Below are positions 13,501 through 25,728 of a stretch of 64,000 nucleotides of DNA, piece after piece. The notes beneath the pieces were generated by a model. That model was not told where the DNA came from and made no database searches. It saw nothing but the letters and a program-made list of their open reading frames with translations. The position numbers and the translations under genes are program-made. Source of the stretch: Eledone cirrhosa (taxonomy: Eukaryota); NCBI GenBank assembly GCA_964016885.1, contig OZ024743.1:186806001-186870000 (forward strand). The letters run 5' to 3'. The stretch's first letter is position 1; each line of letters opens with the position of its first letter.

Positions 13501-16500
13501 ACACTCGCTTGAGTGGGGTTTCTTCTTTGAAAACCTTCTGCTGTCCAGCTCTCCTGAGAGTTTCTTACCACTTCTCTTTTTAAGAAATGTATATACGTAT
13601 GAGTTACAGAACCATAAAATTCCTTGTTTCTATATTATGGGTTTATATATGGGTTTATATTTCCTTGAAAAATATTCTATGAAAGGTTTTGTTATTTAAA
13701 TACATTTTAATACTGAGCTTGAATGGTTATAGTTTGTTTGTTTATATTAGAAATAAGAACCTGCATAGACAAGGGTCGAAACAATGTCTCAAGACTACCT
13801 AACTATAAATTAGGTACCTTGTTCATGATTAATGAGTCATTGACTATTTATGTTTTCCTGTTCTAACAAAAAGCTCTGATCACAGCTCTTAATAAATTTG
13901 AAGTAAAGGATATCACTATCTTCCAAAAAGAATTAAAAACCATCTTATTCAAAATGCATTTAATGATTACATTTTAAAATGAAAGTGAAAAATGACAACA
14001 TCTGAAGAATAAGAGATTATCTACCCTGATTTCAATGATTTCCTTTGAGATTGAATATGATTAAGAGGCTTGGAAGTCATTTTATTTTTCTTTCAAAAGT
14101 TAGTTAGACTTATTTAGGTATAGACAGTTAGACTTATTTAGGTATAGAAAAATATATAGTGAAATACAATATCTCATTATTCCAGCCACAATAGTTTGTG
14201 TTTTCATTACTTGTATATTTAGAAAATTTACACTCGGAACATTAAAAAACAACTAGAAGCTCATTACCTTTCTACTTCTATTATAAACTGTATATTTTAA
14301 AATTATTATTAATACTGTTAATAGACATCAAATGACTCAAACACCATAGAAGCTTTCCTGTCCATGGGAAGGGACTTTTGCAGGACTAAAACAAAGGAAA
14401 TAATGTTTGATTCTATTTTCATGACATATTAATGATATTAATTTCTTGACTGGATGTAGATGCAGGAATTTTTTTCTTCGTTACAAATCCTCTCTGTATA
14501 TGGATATGGATAGCAAACTCTGTTTCAAGTTGTAAATTTTAGCATATTGTGTTCACAATAAAGGCAGAAAAGTGAAGTCAATATTCTATTAGTTAACCGA
14601 TTACCACAGTATTATTTGAACACAGCTGACTGGGGCTGACCAATAGCAACTCCATCAATAATGATATGATGTTAAGAAAATTGCTTCACAATCACAAAGT
14701 CCTGAGTTTGGTCCTATTGTATGACATCTTGTAAAAATATCATTACAATAGCTTTTTGAGGTAAATTGGGGAGATGGAAATTGTGTGGAACCCTAAGAGA
14801 TAGATTGTACTTGTAATTCAAAGATCCAGCTATGAGTCATTTTGCATGATGATGATTTGGCTTGAGAATTATATTATAGGTACATGTGTCTATGGGATAT
14901 TCAAACATTTATATATTATTTCACAAGCTGGACATTCAGCTGATCGGGCAACTAAATGTCTTTGTCATCATCATCTTCATATTAATGAGTTTGTAACAAT
15001 CTAACAATGGATCCTATTTGAGATTGTAAGACCTGCTAAAAACAGCAGTCTAATCCCCCCCAAAGTTTCAGTATGTAGCTCAAATTTACAGTTCAGCTCC
15101 AATGTTTTAGATGCAAATTCAGAACTTTATTTTGACAGTCATATTGAATATTTAAAGTTATAGACAAGAAAGGAAATGGAAGTTGTGAAATTAATATTAT
15201 ATAGTAACATATGGAAAACATCTATGATCATGTCAAGAATGTAGTTCTAACAAATTCTGATACACAAAGAGTCTGTTACAGTTAACAATGATATAATGAT
15301 TGAATTGGAATTGGTCATATTTGTTTGTTCAATGAACCAGAGTTAAACTGCTTTAGACCATCACTGTATTTGGATAGATGTGTAATACTTTCACATATCA
15401 AGCACAGATCAACAGATTTATGAGTTAATGTAATTATGTATTTGATCTTTAAATTAGAGGCATAAATCATATTTAAAACATTCCTTGCTTTACTATCTTG
15501 TAGATTTTCACGTAAGTAATGTCCTTTATTCATTATATTGCCACCTTTATTCTGCTCACAAATTTTAGCAAGAGCAAACTGCTTTTAATATTTGTTTGTA
15601 AACTATATTATAATCTTCATTCCACAAAAAAAAAAGCTTTTACTATATTTCTTTTTATGTTCATGTTTAGATGTGATTGTATATCTGTGCAAGTAGATTT
15701 ATGTGAATCAAGAATCAATTCATAATAAAATAGGTAGTAATGCTACAAATTAATAGTTTTAAGTACAGATTTACTGACAGAAGCTTTTAGGAAAGGAAAG
15801 GAATGAAAAAGTAATTGAAAAATGAGACTTCCATTTTTAAATCAGTTATTCTCTGCCACTTTTTCACATGTAGTACTCATCTATCAGTTAAAGCTTACTA
15901 ACCTTTCACACTTACATAAATACATACACTTATAATATGTGGATACACATACATAGCATATTTAAGAATTGTAGATTTGGTTATAGACAAAATTAGATTC
16001 TTTGATAATTGCAAAAAAATATTGAATAGGAACTGTCATAGAAAAGAACTGAAATCAAATCATTGGAATCATTGAATTACTCTGGAAGAAATCAATAGGG
16101 ATAAAAGTCATAAACAGAAAATATTCAGCTAGAAAACATTATATTAAATAGACATTTAGCATTGAAAATTAGTTTTAAGTATACTGATATTGATTGAAGG
16201 AAAGTCAAGAAAGAAATGTAGAAACTAGTTAAAAATGGAATTTGTACCAGCAAAAGGTATCTTCTATAAAAAAAAACTTTTTAAAGCATTCATTTTATAT
16301 CTAGGTTTCATAAAAGCTTCTTAATATAGTATTGCAGCAGAAGTTTTGTTAACTATAATAATGAACAAATATGTTATCTAAAAATAACATGTATTGATAA
16401 TGAAAAACGATCACACATATATTCATATGGATACGCACCACCCAGCCGCATGCCACAAACTGAAAATTAATATCAGGCAAAGATTAATTTTTATAGATAT

Positions 16501-16960
16501 ATTTCAGCATTATATTCATGTAATCTGTGATAGTTCATCATTATTAGATTCTGACTAAAAATTATCTTTTTTTTAATCACAAACTCATTCATAGCTATAA
16601 ACAGTGCTATTTCTTGATATGTATTTTTATGTCAATAAGTTTGAAATCCATAAATAGCTTCTCTAATTTCAAACCACTTACTGAAGATTAACTGTTAAGG
16701 TAATCAAGTAAGATGCTGCATAGATGAACATATTCTAACTCTAAATAGATACCATTGCATGAGCAGATAAATGGTACATAAATTTAGGTATGCTTTATGA
16801 TATACTAATTGGAATTGAGTTAGGTGGTCAGCTATTGTTAGACCTCCATCGTTTCTGAAGATGATTCAACCAATGGAACTGCTTGCTCATGAAATTAACA
16901 TTTAAGTAGCTAAGCAATCCACAGACATGTGCACCCTTAACATTGTTCTCAAGGAGATTC

Positions 16961-19130
16961 ATCATCATCATCATCATCATCATTTTACGTCCGCTTTTCC
17001 CTGCTTGCAAGGGTGGGACGGGTCTTATTCAGCACAGCATCTCTCCACTCGTCACGGTCCCTCGTCATCTCCACCGTGAGCTTCAATGATCTGAGGTCTG
17101 TTCTCACCACCTCCGCCCATGTTTTTCGTGGTCTACCTCTACTACGTCTTCCTTCAACTGGCATTTCCTGGCACTTCTTCACCCATCGGTCATCCTCCAT
17201 GCGCATCACATGTCCATACCACCTCAGTCTCCTCTCCCGTACACTACATTCTATCCCTCTCAGACACAGTTTCTCTCTCAACACATTTATGCTGGGTCGT
17301 TCACGCACATTTACACTGCACATCCAACGGAGCATGCTTGCCTCATTTCTCTCCAGCCGTCGCATATCTTCTGCGGTAGCTGCCCATGTCTCACTACCAT
17401 GCAGCATCGCGCTCCTCACACAGGCATCATACAACCGGCCTTTCGTACGCAGGGAGAAACCCTTCTTCGTCAACAGAGGAAGCAGCTCCCTAAACTTCTT
17501 CCAACCCGTCCTTATTCTAGATACTATGGCCTCGGAACACCCTCCTCCCATGCTAATCTGATCTCCTAGGTACCGGAAGCTATCCACCACTTCTATAGCG
17601 CCCTCTCGCATTTGAAAAATGTGTCTATCAGTGCGACTTCTACTGTCTAATTTCCCTGTACATCTACTGCATACATATTTCTCCCTACCTGTTAGTTTGC
17701 CTGCTATCCCGCTACATCTCTTGTGTACCCAGGACCTACATTGTGTGCATTTTATAGAATTTATGCCAGTTCCTTTTCTGCATATCGAACATGGCCATTT
17801 CCCTGACGGAATCAGGGTTTTGTCCTCTTTTCTACTCATCAACACTTTTGTCTTAGCTAGATTTACTCTCAGTCCTCTTGCTTCCAACTGCTGTTTCCAT
17901 AGCCGGAATTTATTCTCTAGCTCCTCTACTGATTCTGCCATAAGAGCCAGATCGTCAGCATAGAGAAGTTCCCATGGACAGCCAGTCTTAAACTCCTCTG
18001 TTATGGCTTGGAGGACTATAATGAACAAGAGCGGGCTGAGGACCGAACCCTGATGTACTCCTACTTGTATCTGGAATTCCTCACTAAACTCCATTCCTAC
18101 CCTGACTTTACTGAGAGTACCTCTGTACAAAGTTTGCACTGTCCTTACAAGCCATTCCTCAACACCCAGCTTCCTTAGGGACCACCAGATGACAGATCGG
18201 GGTACCCTATCAAAGGCCTTCTCTAGGTCAACAAAGGCCAAGTATAGTGGCTTATTCTTCTCTAAGAACCTCTCTTGCATTTGTCTCACCAAGAAGAGGG
18301 CATCTGTTGTACTCTTCCCAGGCACAAAACCAAACTGCATCTCATCTAGTTTGACCCTTTCTCTAATTAGTTGTGCTAAAATCCTTTCTGCCACTTTCAT
18401 AACCTGATCTATCAGTTTTATACCCCTATAATTGCTCCTCTCCAAAGCATCCCCTTTACCTTTGTAGCAATTTATGAGAATACTGCTGCACCAGTCTTTG
18501 GGTATGACACCACCATATATAGCCTGATTGATTATGCGTGCAACCAGTTTAGTGCCTACGTCCCCTGATGCCTTCAGCATCTCAGCAACTATTCCCGATG
18601 GTCCGGCCGCCTTACCATTTTTCATTTCCCTAATCGCCTCTTGGACCCTATATTCGTCAATCTCAATAGCTGGTCCCTCTGTCGGATCTACCAAGGGTAA
18701 TTTCTCTCTCTCCCATTCGTTCTCCACATTCATCAGTCTCTCATAATGGCATTTCCAGGCCTCCTTTTTCTGGTCATTCGTGACACTAAGTACACCGGCA
18801 TCATCCCGGACACATTTATCACCAACAACATCCTGATTTGCATTGACACACTGCCTTGCAATGTGGAACACCGCACGCCTCTGATCTTCCCGTCGCAGAA
18901 CATTGGCAAACCTCCTACTCTCTGCCTCCCTGCGTGCTAAGTACACCTGACGTCTAGCTTCTCTCTTAGTGGCTGTATATTCTTCCCTACTCCCACCCTT
19001 ATTCCAAGCCTTCCATGCTAGTCTTTTGTCTCTAATAGCCTTATCTACACTGCTGTTCCACCACCAGGTCACTCTCTGTCTGGTTGGGGCTCTGCTCCAG
19101 CCACAAGTTTCATCAGTAGCCTTCAGCAAT
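16961..19130 (-). mobile_element. RTE-clade LINE, 5'-truncated, young; RT with internal PHD finger and (ATG)n tail
   Basis: Uninterrupted 714-aa ORF 16985-19129 with RT motifs (KAAGPSG, NYRGIKL, QFGFVPG, FVDLEKAFD, GVHQGSVLSPLLF, YADD, FRYLG) and an RTE C-terminus (RRLRWYGHV, RGRPRKTW). The stop is followed almost directly by (ATG)n at 16961-16983. The APE endonuclease is absent. Confidence 0.95.
16985..19129 (-). CDS. RTE reverse transcriptase ORF fragment (no true start codon, N-terminally truncated)
   Basis: Provided ORF; RT subdomains intact, including YADD. Confidence 0.9.
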   Translation of the reverse strand: MLKATDETCGWSRAPTRQRVTWWWNSSVDKAIRDKRLAWKAWNKGGSREEYTATKREARRQVYLARREAESRRFANVLRREDQRRAVFHIARQCVNANQDVVGDKCVRDDAGVLSVTNDQKKEAWKCHYERLMNVENEWEREKLPLVDPTEGPAIEIDEYRVQEAIREMKNGKAAGPSGIVAEMLKASGDVGTKLVARIINQAIYGGVIPKDWCSSILINCYKGKGDALERSNYRGIKLIDQVMKVAERILAQLIRERVKLDEMQFGFVPGKSTTDALFLVRQMQERFLEKNKPLYLAFVDLEKAFDRVPRSVIWWSLRKLGVEEWLVRTVQTLYRGTLSKVRVGMEFSEEFQIQVGVHQGSVLSPLLFIIVLQAITEEFKTGCPWELLYADDLALMAESVEELENKFRLWKQQLEARGLRVNLAKTKVLMSRKEDKTLIPSGKWPCSICRKGTGINSIKCTQCRSWVHKRCSGIAGKLTGREKYVCSRCTGKLDSRSRTDRHIFQMREGAIEVVDSFRYLGDQISMGGGCSEAIVSRIRTGWKKFRELLPLLTKKGFSLRTKGRLYDACVRSAMLHGSETWAATAEDMRRLERNEASMLRWMCSVNVRERPSINVLREKLCLRGIECSVRERRLRWYGHVMRMEDDRWVKKCQEMPVEGRRSRGRPRKTWAEVVRTDLRSLKLTVEMTRDRDEWRDAVLNKTRPTLASREKRT

Positions 19131-21838
19131 TGAACATGACAATGTGTTACAAGGATGGCCCCTTCAATTTACAAGCATAACTCATTTTTGCCAGCTGAGT
19201 GGTGAGGAGCAATGTGAATGAAAGCCTTTGACTCCAAGATACAACATGCCACTTGGTCCAGAAATTTAACCACAACCTTTTGATAGTGAGTAAACATATT
19301 AACTACGAAGCCATCCCCCTTCACCAATGGATCTAATTTTTAAATTCAATTCATTGTTCATAATTAAACTATTTATAATATTCCTTTAAGTTTTAAACAC
19401 TTTTATTAAGAATGCTCTTACTGTAAAAACTGACAAATTGAAAACAAAATGTGTAAATGAGGGACAGTACTCAGATTTTGCAGCACTTTCCAGAATCATG
19501 ATGTCAATCATCACCATTATAATCGTTTAATGTGTGTTTTCCCAGCTAACAAAGTTTGGACACATCATAACAGACTGGTCAGTATTCAAGTAGAACCTCC
19601 AGGTGGGTTAGGGGACTGACATATTATCTTGCACTCTACTGAATGTATTTTATCATGGCACCAACACTGTAAATCTGGCCAGTATTTAACTAAAATGCCT
19701 GCTTGAATAAAAGATTTATGTTGATAATAATCTCAGGTTTTTAAATACATTTTTATTCATGCTATCATGTAAGATGTATCAATTTTCTTTATTTAGAAAC
19801 TAAGTAAAACGTTTTCCTCAAATATCATTTAGTTTACATCTTAAATGGAGTAAATGGCAATTAGGCAGAAGTGACCTTGTTTAGATTTGTGACTAAATCT
19901 TCAAAGAAACTGATCTTAATGATAAAGCCAGACTGTATTAGTATCTAATAATAAATCTTCTGCATAGGTAAGAATTATGTATTTCCAAATCCCTAAATTT
20001 ATATATAAGCATCTATATTTTATGAATGTAGCTTATTGATTTTTTAAAAATTAATTAATATTGGAAATTCAGTTTTAATATCAATTATTCACCAAGCAAT
20101 GTTTTAGAAAGAAGAAAAAGAAAACTATATTTTTGATGATAGGAGAGATTAGGAAACACACACACACAATGTGTTCTACAGAATCATCATTCTAAATGGT
20201 TAGAGGGCCTATATTTCAAATAACATATTTGTGACAGAGTCATAAGAACCAACTTAGTGTTGGTGATTTACATAATACACTCTGTAAAGTAGTTGGGGAT
20301 AGGAAGAGCATACAGTTGTAGAAAGCTTACCAAATAAAAAGTCAGAAGGACCCTCCAGCTCAGTCAATGACATGACAATATACTTAGTGTTAGTGATCAA
20401 CAGGATAAATGCATCCAATGCACTTTGTAAAGTGGTTGGTGATAGGAAGGTCATCCAGCCAGAGGTAACCTGTTAAATAAAGAGTCCTTCTGACTCTTCA
20501 ATTCTGCCATAGACATGAAAAATCTACATAGCGTTGGTGATATACACAATAAACACACATACTACATACTTTAAAATGGTACTTTTGGATGGGTATCTAA
20601 CCATAGAAAACCTGCCAAACAAAAGATCATGAGCACTCTTTAGTTATGTCATGTGCTGGTGTCGTGCAAAAATGCACTTCATTGCGAACAGGATCATATG
20701 TAAGTGAGTTGCTGGCTGCTGGTCCATCAATGTGGTCAGTAGCTCCTCTTAGTACCAATCTGGTCTGCTAATGACACCTCCAACCCTTGCTAACAAGCAA
20801 AGTGGATGTTAATTGATGATGATGATGACAAAACAAAGAAGCATAAAGCATCTTGGGTAAAACCCTTCTTCCTATACACTGTAGCCATTAATTCATTTAC
20901 CAAATTAGACAACCTCATTAGACTAAAGAAAATGTTAAAATGATCAGTCACAAAATGTATTAATAAAATATCAGTACTCTTTTCCTCACACACCTATATA
21001 AATTGTATAGAGCAATATTTTATATAAATGATCCATAACCTCAAAACATATTAATGGAAGCCTAACAATAAAAGCAAATTTCAAGGAATCAGCATTTGAG
21101 AGAAATAGTGTATGATAACTACTTAATCCAATTTCTTGAATGTAGGTTATGTTTTAAACTAATTATTCTTTATGTTAAATATCAATCGTGCTAAACATTG
21201 ATCATGTTAAGCATTAACCATGCTGACAGATGGCTAGATAAAATGCTTTACATTATTTGTTTCTGCTCTTTGTACTCTGAGTTCAAATATCATTGTTGAA
21301 CACTTTGCTTTTCATCCTTTCAGGGTGGATAAATACAGTAACATTTCAGGGCAATGACCTGGTGGAATTGTTGAATGTGATGTCTGGCTGTTTAAATTCT
21401 AATAGCAATGTTATTCCAAACTGTATCAACCCTTGATGTTCTTTTGGATAAAATTAGTGGCATAGAAAAGAGAGATTAGTCACACATAATAAAAAAAACT
21501 TGTCCATGCCTGCACTTTGGAGAGGGACATTACAGAGGAAGATACATAGTTTTACTAAATATTCAGAGGCCCTGGAATATGCTATCTACAAATAGCCACT
21601 GGAAACACCTAATTTTAAGAGTAAAACCATGAACTTTTTCTTTTTAGAATCACAAAAACTTACATGAATAAATACTAGTAACAGCATTGTTAAATACTAT
21701 AATCTATAGTTTTAACTGTTGATGAAATAAATGATATCTAGAGTTACTATCAAATAGAGAAAACATCATCCTATTATTTCCACTTCCTTTTAAGGTGTAG
21801 GAATAGGGAGATAAATTAACATCATTATCATATAGACT

Positions 21839-22024
21839 GTGGATTGGCAGTATCGGTAGAGGGTCGGACGCCATGCTTTGCAGCATAGAGTTACATTCCT
21901 TTACATTCTGAGTTCAAGTCCCGCCAAGCTTAACTTTGCCTTTCATCCTTTCGGGGTCAATAATATAAAGTACCAGTAATGCACTGGGGTGATTGTTGAC
22001 CTTGTGCCAAATATAGAAACAATT
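21839..22024 (+). mobile_element. SINE A
   Basis: A and B boxes. TSD ATTAT(C/T)ATATAGACTG at 21824-21839 and 22022-22037. Confidence 0.9.
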
Positions 22025-22074
22025 ATTATATAGACTGGTGGTAATGCATTATATAAACTATAAATAATAATAAT

Positions 22075-22183
22075 AATAATTGTTTCTACTTTTGGCACAA
22101 GGCCAGCAATTACCCAGTACATTACTGGTACTTTATTTTATCGACCCCCATAAGGATGAAAGGCAAAGTTGACCTCGGCGGGA
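22075..22183 (-). mobile_element. SINE A, 5'-truncated
   Basis: Tail plus central block, with a (TAA)n flank. Confidence 0.85.
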
Positions 22184-23084
22184 TAATGATAGTATAGGGC
22201 ATCCAGCTGTAGAAAAACAGCCCCCAAACACCCAGCCTACACGGTAAAGTGGATGTGTAAAAGACACAGCAAAAAGCACCCAGCACACACTGTCAATGTG
22301 GTTGGCATTAGGAAGGGCTTCCAGCCATAGAAAAGCAGCCAGAAACTCTCCTATATGAGTGAAACATAGTCACCTGACCAAACTTGCCTCTAAATGGGAC
22401 AAACCCATCGAACCCATGCTACTGTGGAAGATAGATGTTAATTGATGATGATGATATATATATATACATCCTCCTGCATAATTTTCTCTCTGTATATCTA
22501 TTTGACCTATGTAGGATTAACATCGTGATTCATTTTCAGATTCATATATGCAAGGGCCACTAACCACAGAATAATCAATCCTTCAATTTAAAATACAAAA
22601 TTGCTTTATATTCTCAAGGTTCCTTGAAATGCTATCTTTCAAAATGTGATATGATGACCTGTATTTGGACATAAGCAAGCCATCATATACATTTACCACA
22701 TTTATATAGAATAATATAGATTAGGGTTATATTTACTTACTAGCAAGTGAAATCATAAAGCCAAACATTAACTGATCTTTCAATAAATCTAGAAATAACT
22801 TAATGAATTGAATATATCAAGTTAATAAATGTTACTGCCTCTAACTAGTAAATTCTGAGCAACATACGAAGATAGATTTATCTCAGAGCCTACTTGTCTG
22901 GCCAAATGTTAATCATTTTTCTGAGAGACATTTAACGATCCTTACTCCAACGTTGCAGAGAATGGATTTTGGATGATAAAAGTAGTTTTATTCAACAAAT
23001 TTCAATTGGATTATATAATGTTTGCAATAAAATTTATAAGAAGGAAAAAGAAAAAAATTTAAATAGCAAAAGTAAAGGAAAGCA

Positions 23085-23400
23085 GGATGAAGTATCAGAC
23101 TCTACAACCTGTCTAGGTAGTATGTCTCAGCTCTGCCCCATGGACAAAATGGTAAAGGTATTGCTGTAGAGAACAGCTAGCAAAATCTGCTGCATCAGTG
23201 ACTCCACCTCATGGGGCTTCTTCCTCAAGCAGGTATACTCCTTCCAATATTGCAGAGATCACTATGGCAACTGGCAAGAAAACGGGTCAGTCAAGTCCTG
23301 GTATTTGGATATTTGACTCTCGTCTGCATTACAGGTAGTAGTGCCTATGTTTGTGATTAAAATGCCAGTGTTGGTGGTGGAGTATCTGTTCCAGCAGATT
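23085..23400 (-). mobile_element. Decayed CRE-clade-like LINE 3' end (RLE)
   Basis: ADESQISKYQDL..FLPVAI.. followed by LMQQILLAVLYSNTFTIL, resembling A..K..KY..L..F.PVA.E / L.QRISLAV.RGNA..IL. Confidence 0.5.
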
Positions 23401-24670
23401 AGAAATTTAACTTCCTTTAATAAGAAGAGTGTATTTTCATCTGACCACTTACTATTACCCCAAGCAAAGCTAGCAGGGTGCATTTGTGATTATGAATTTA
23501 GTTTATCTAACTCTACAATATTCTCTATCATATCAAGTTTTATCATAAATGATCAACATAATTTAAGTTCATTCTGTTGCTTTGTTTGTTTTGAAGAAAC
23601 TCTGATCTATGACAGGTAATCTTTTCAGTATAATGCTAGTTTTAATATTTTTGACAACCAAAAGTAATGATTGGCCAGAGATGGTAGGGCAAAAAACAAA
23701 TGCCTTACAATAATGTTGTATGTATATGGTTTTAGCTTAAATCACAGTCAAGTCAATTTTGCTTTTCACCTTACTTGTATTAATAAAATAGTACTAGTGA
23801 TCTAAGGTTGATTGAAATTCCTTGTACCTTGCCCCTTGCCAACATTGACATTAATTAAAAGATATTAATATTACTGAGGGATGAGCATTTCAAATAACTT
23901 GACAAGACTTTTATTGTTCAGCAATAAACACAGAAGAAAGAGCAATTATCTTTTTCCTCCAAATCACAAGTGGTTGTATATTAACAAGGCAAAGAATTCC
24001 AGCAGGTAAAGTGGTATAAACATTTCTTTCCCTTTACCCCATACAATTAAACAAGTGTAATATTAATATTTCTTCTCAAATTTCCACAGATCAACCAAAC
24101 TTTCATCTAGCAAAACGTGTTTAACTGAATCACCATAACACTGTTAATATCAGTTATTTTGTTGATATTTTGGCTTGGTAATGTCTTGCGGATGCTATGG
24201 TGAATCGTAAACAGATTATTAAAAAAATAGCACTAACAGCTTAAATCATTTATGAAATGTGATAATTGTATGATTTCAAGCAATGCTTAATTAAGAAATC
24301 AAATAAGTTATAATCAGTGTAATTGTCAAAATTAATGCTAAGTTTCTTTCTATCTTTTTATTTATGTGTATGAAAAATTTTCATCATTAATAAATTCAGA
24401 GGAATAATAACTGGCGTTTTAAGCCATTTGTACTAAATTATTTGTTTCAAGTTCGTCCCTTATTGAGTAGAAGATAAATTGGACTGGTTGAAAACAAAAT
24501 ACTTTCAAATTATCTTAATTAATCTAATATGTTATTGACTATTATTTATATATATGTATCAAGATGAAAGCAAAAGCTTTAAAATATAAAAGCTTCAATA
24601 CAGACATTAGAACTGAGAAAGAAAGGAAAAAAAATAAACATCAATATTTTAGTGAAGTTTAGTAGAGATA

Positions 24671-24796
<126 letters not shown>

Positions 24797-25728
24797 TTAC
24801 ATGAGTTTAGTGGTTAGTTTGGCAGATATAAGTGAGTTGAATAGTAGTAAATGAATCATTTTATTAGAATAATGGTTTTATAAGCTAAAAAAATAATTGT
24901 ACTCTGATAAAGAAACGTGTTTTAGATGCCACAAAAGTTACGAGTCTATATCATTTCAAAGTCTGCAAGGAAAAACGTCTTCAAACCACACCTAGTTTGT
25001 TAAAAGAAGTAAGGATGTATATTTACTGTAGTCACAGATACAGTACAGCTAAAAAAAGATGAGATGGTAAAATTTGGAATGCTTTTGATTAGAGCAGAAC
25101 TGGAACTCAAAAACAACAACTACCAATATTACAAACATTTAGCAAAAAATATTGTGAGACTTGGTTTTCCTCTTCCTTTAAACAAACAGGTGGCACTCAT
25201 CAGATCAGACCAAGGAAACAATGTTTCCATTTGCTAATACTATCTATGGATCACAACTCCTGGCAGAAAGAGCAACAGGAAATAAAGTGTCTTGCCCAAC
25301 CTGGGAATCAAACTCACAACCTTATGATTGTGAATCTAACTCCCTAACCACTAAGCTAGCAACTGTCTGGATTAAATGGTTTTTACATGGTTTTATTAAG
25401 GCATAGAACAGCTAAAACCTGGTCTCCTTTATAGCATTGTGCAGGATATGAGATACAAATTTGTATTATAAAACATAAACTATGGCTAGCTATTAAACAT
25501 TAGCTTTAAGATACGTCATTGCTTTAAGATACGTGTTGCTTTATTCATTATAGCTTAACAGTTTGACAAATAGAAATTGCTAGAATAAGTATTAGTATCA
25601 GTAAGACTAACTAAAGCACTAAAGATTTGCTTTGAAAGCAGTATTCTCAATATGTCAACAGTTCAGTGAGTGAAACCAATTTTAAAGAATAAAATAAATA
25701 GAAATATGTATGTATGTATGTATGTATG

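Larger units (their letters stand above)
16825..19325 (-). mobile_element. Older tRNA/CORE-like SINE split by the RTE insertion (halves 16825-16960 and 19131-19325)
   Basis: The two flanks join into the family also seen at ~13080-13265, ~14590-14990 and ~35640-35950. The right half has the gccagctgagtgg..gagcaatgtgaa block and a head like 29030-29175. Confidence 0.65.

Noticed and set aside
17013-18940. Multiple plus-strand ORFs (up to 182 aa)
   Set aside because: Antisense shadows of the RTE ORF; the same applies to 26039-28581 (+), 40767-41377 (-) and 59208-59888 (-).
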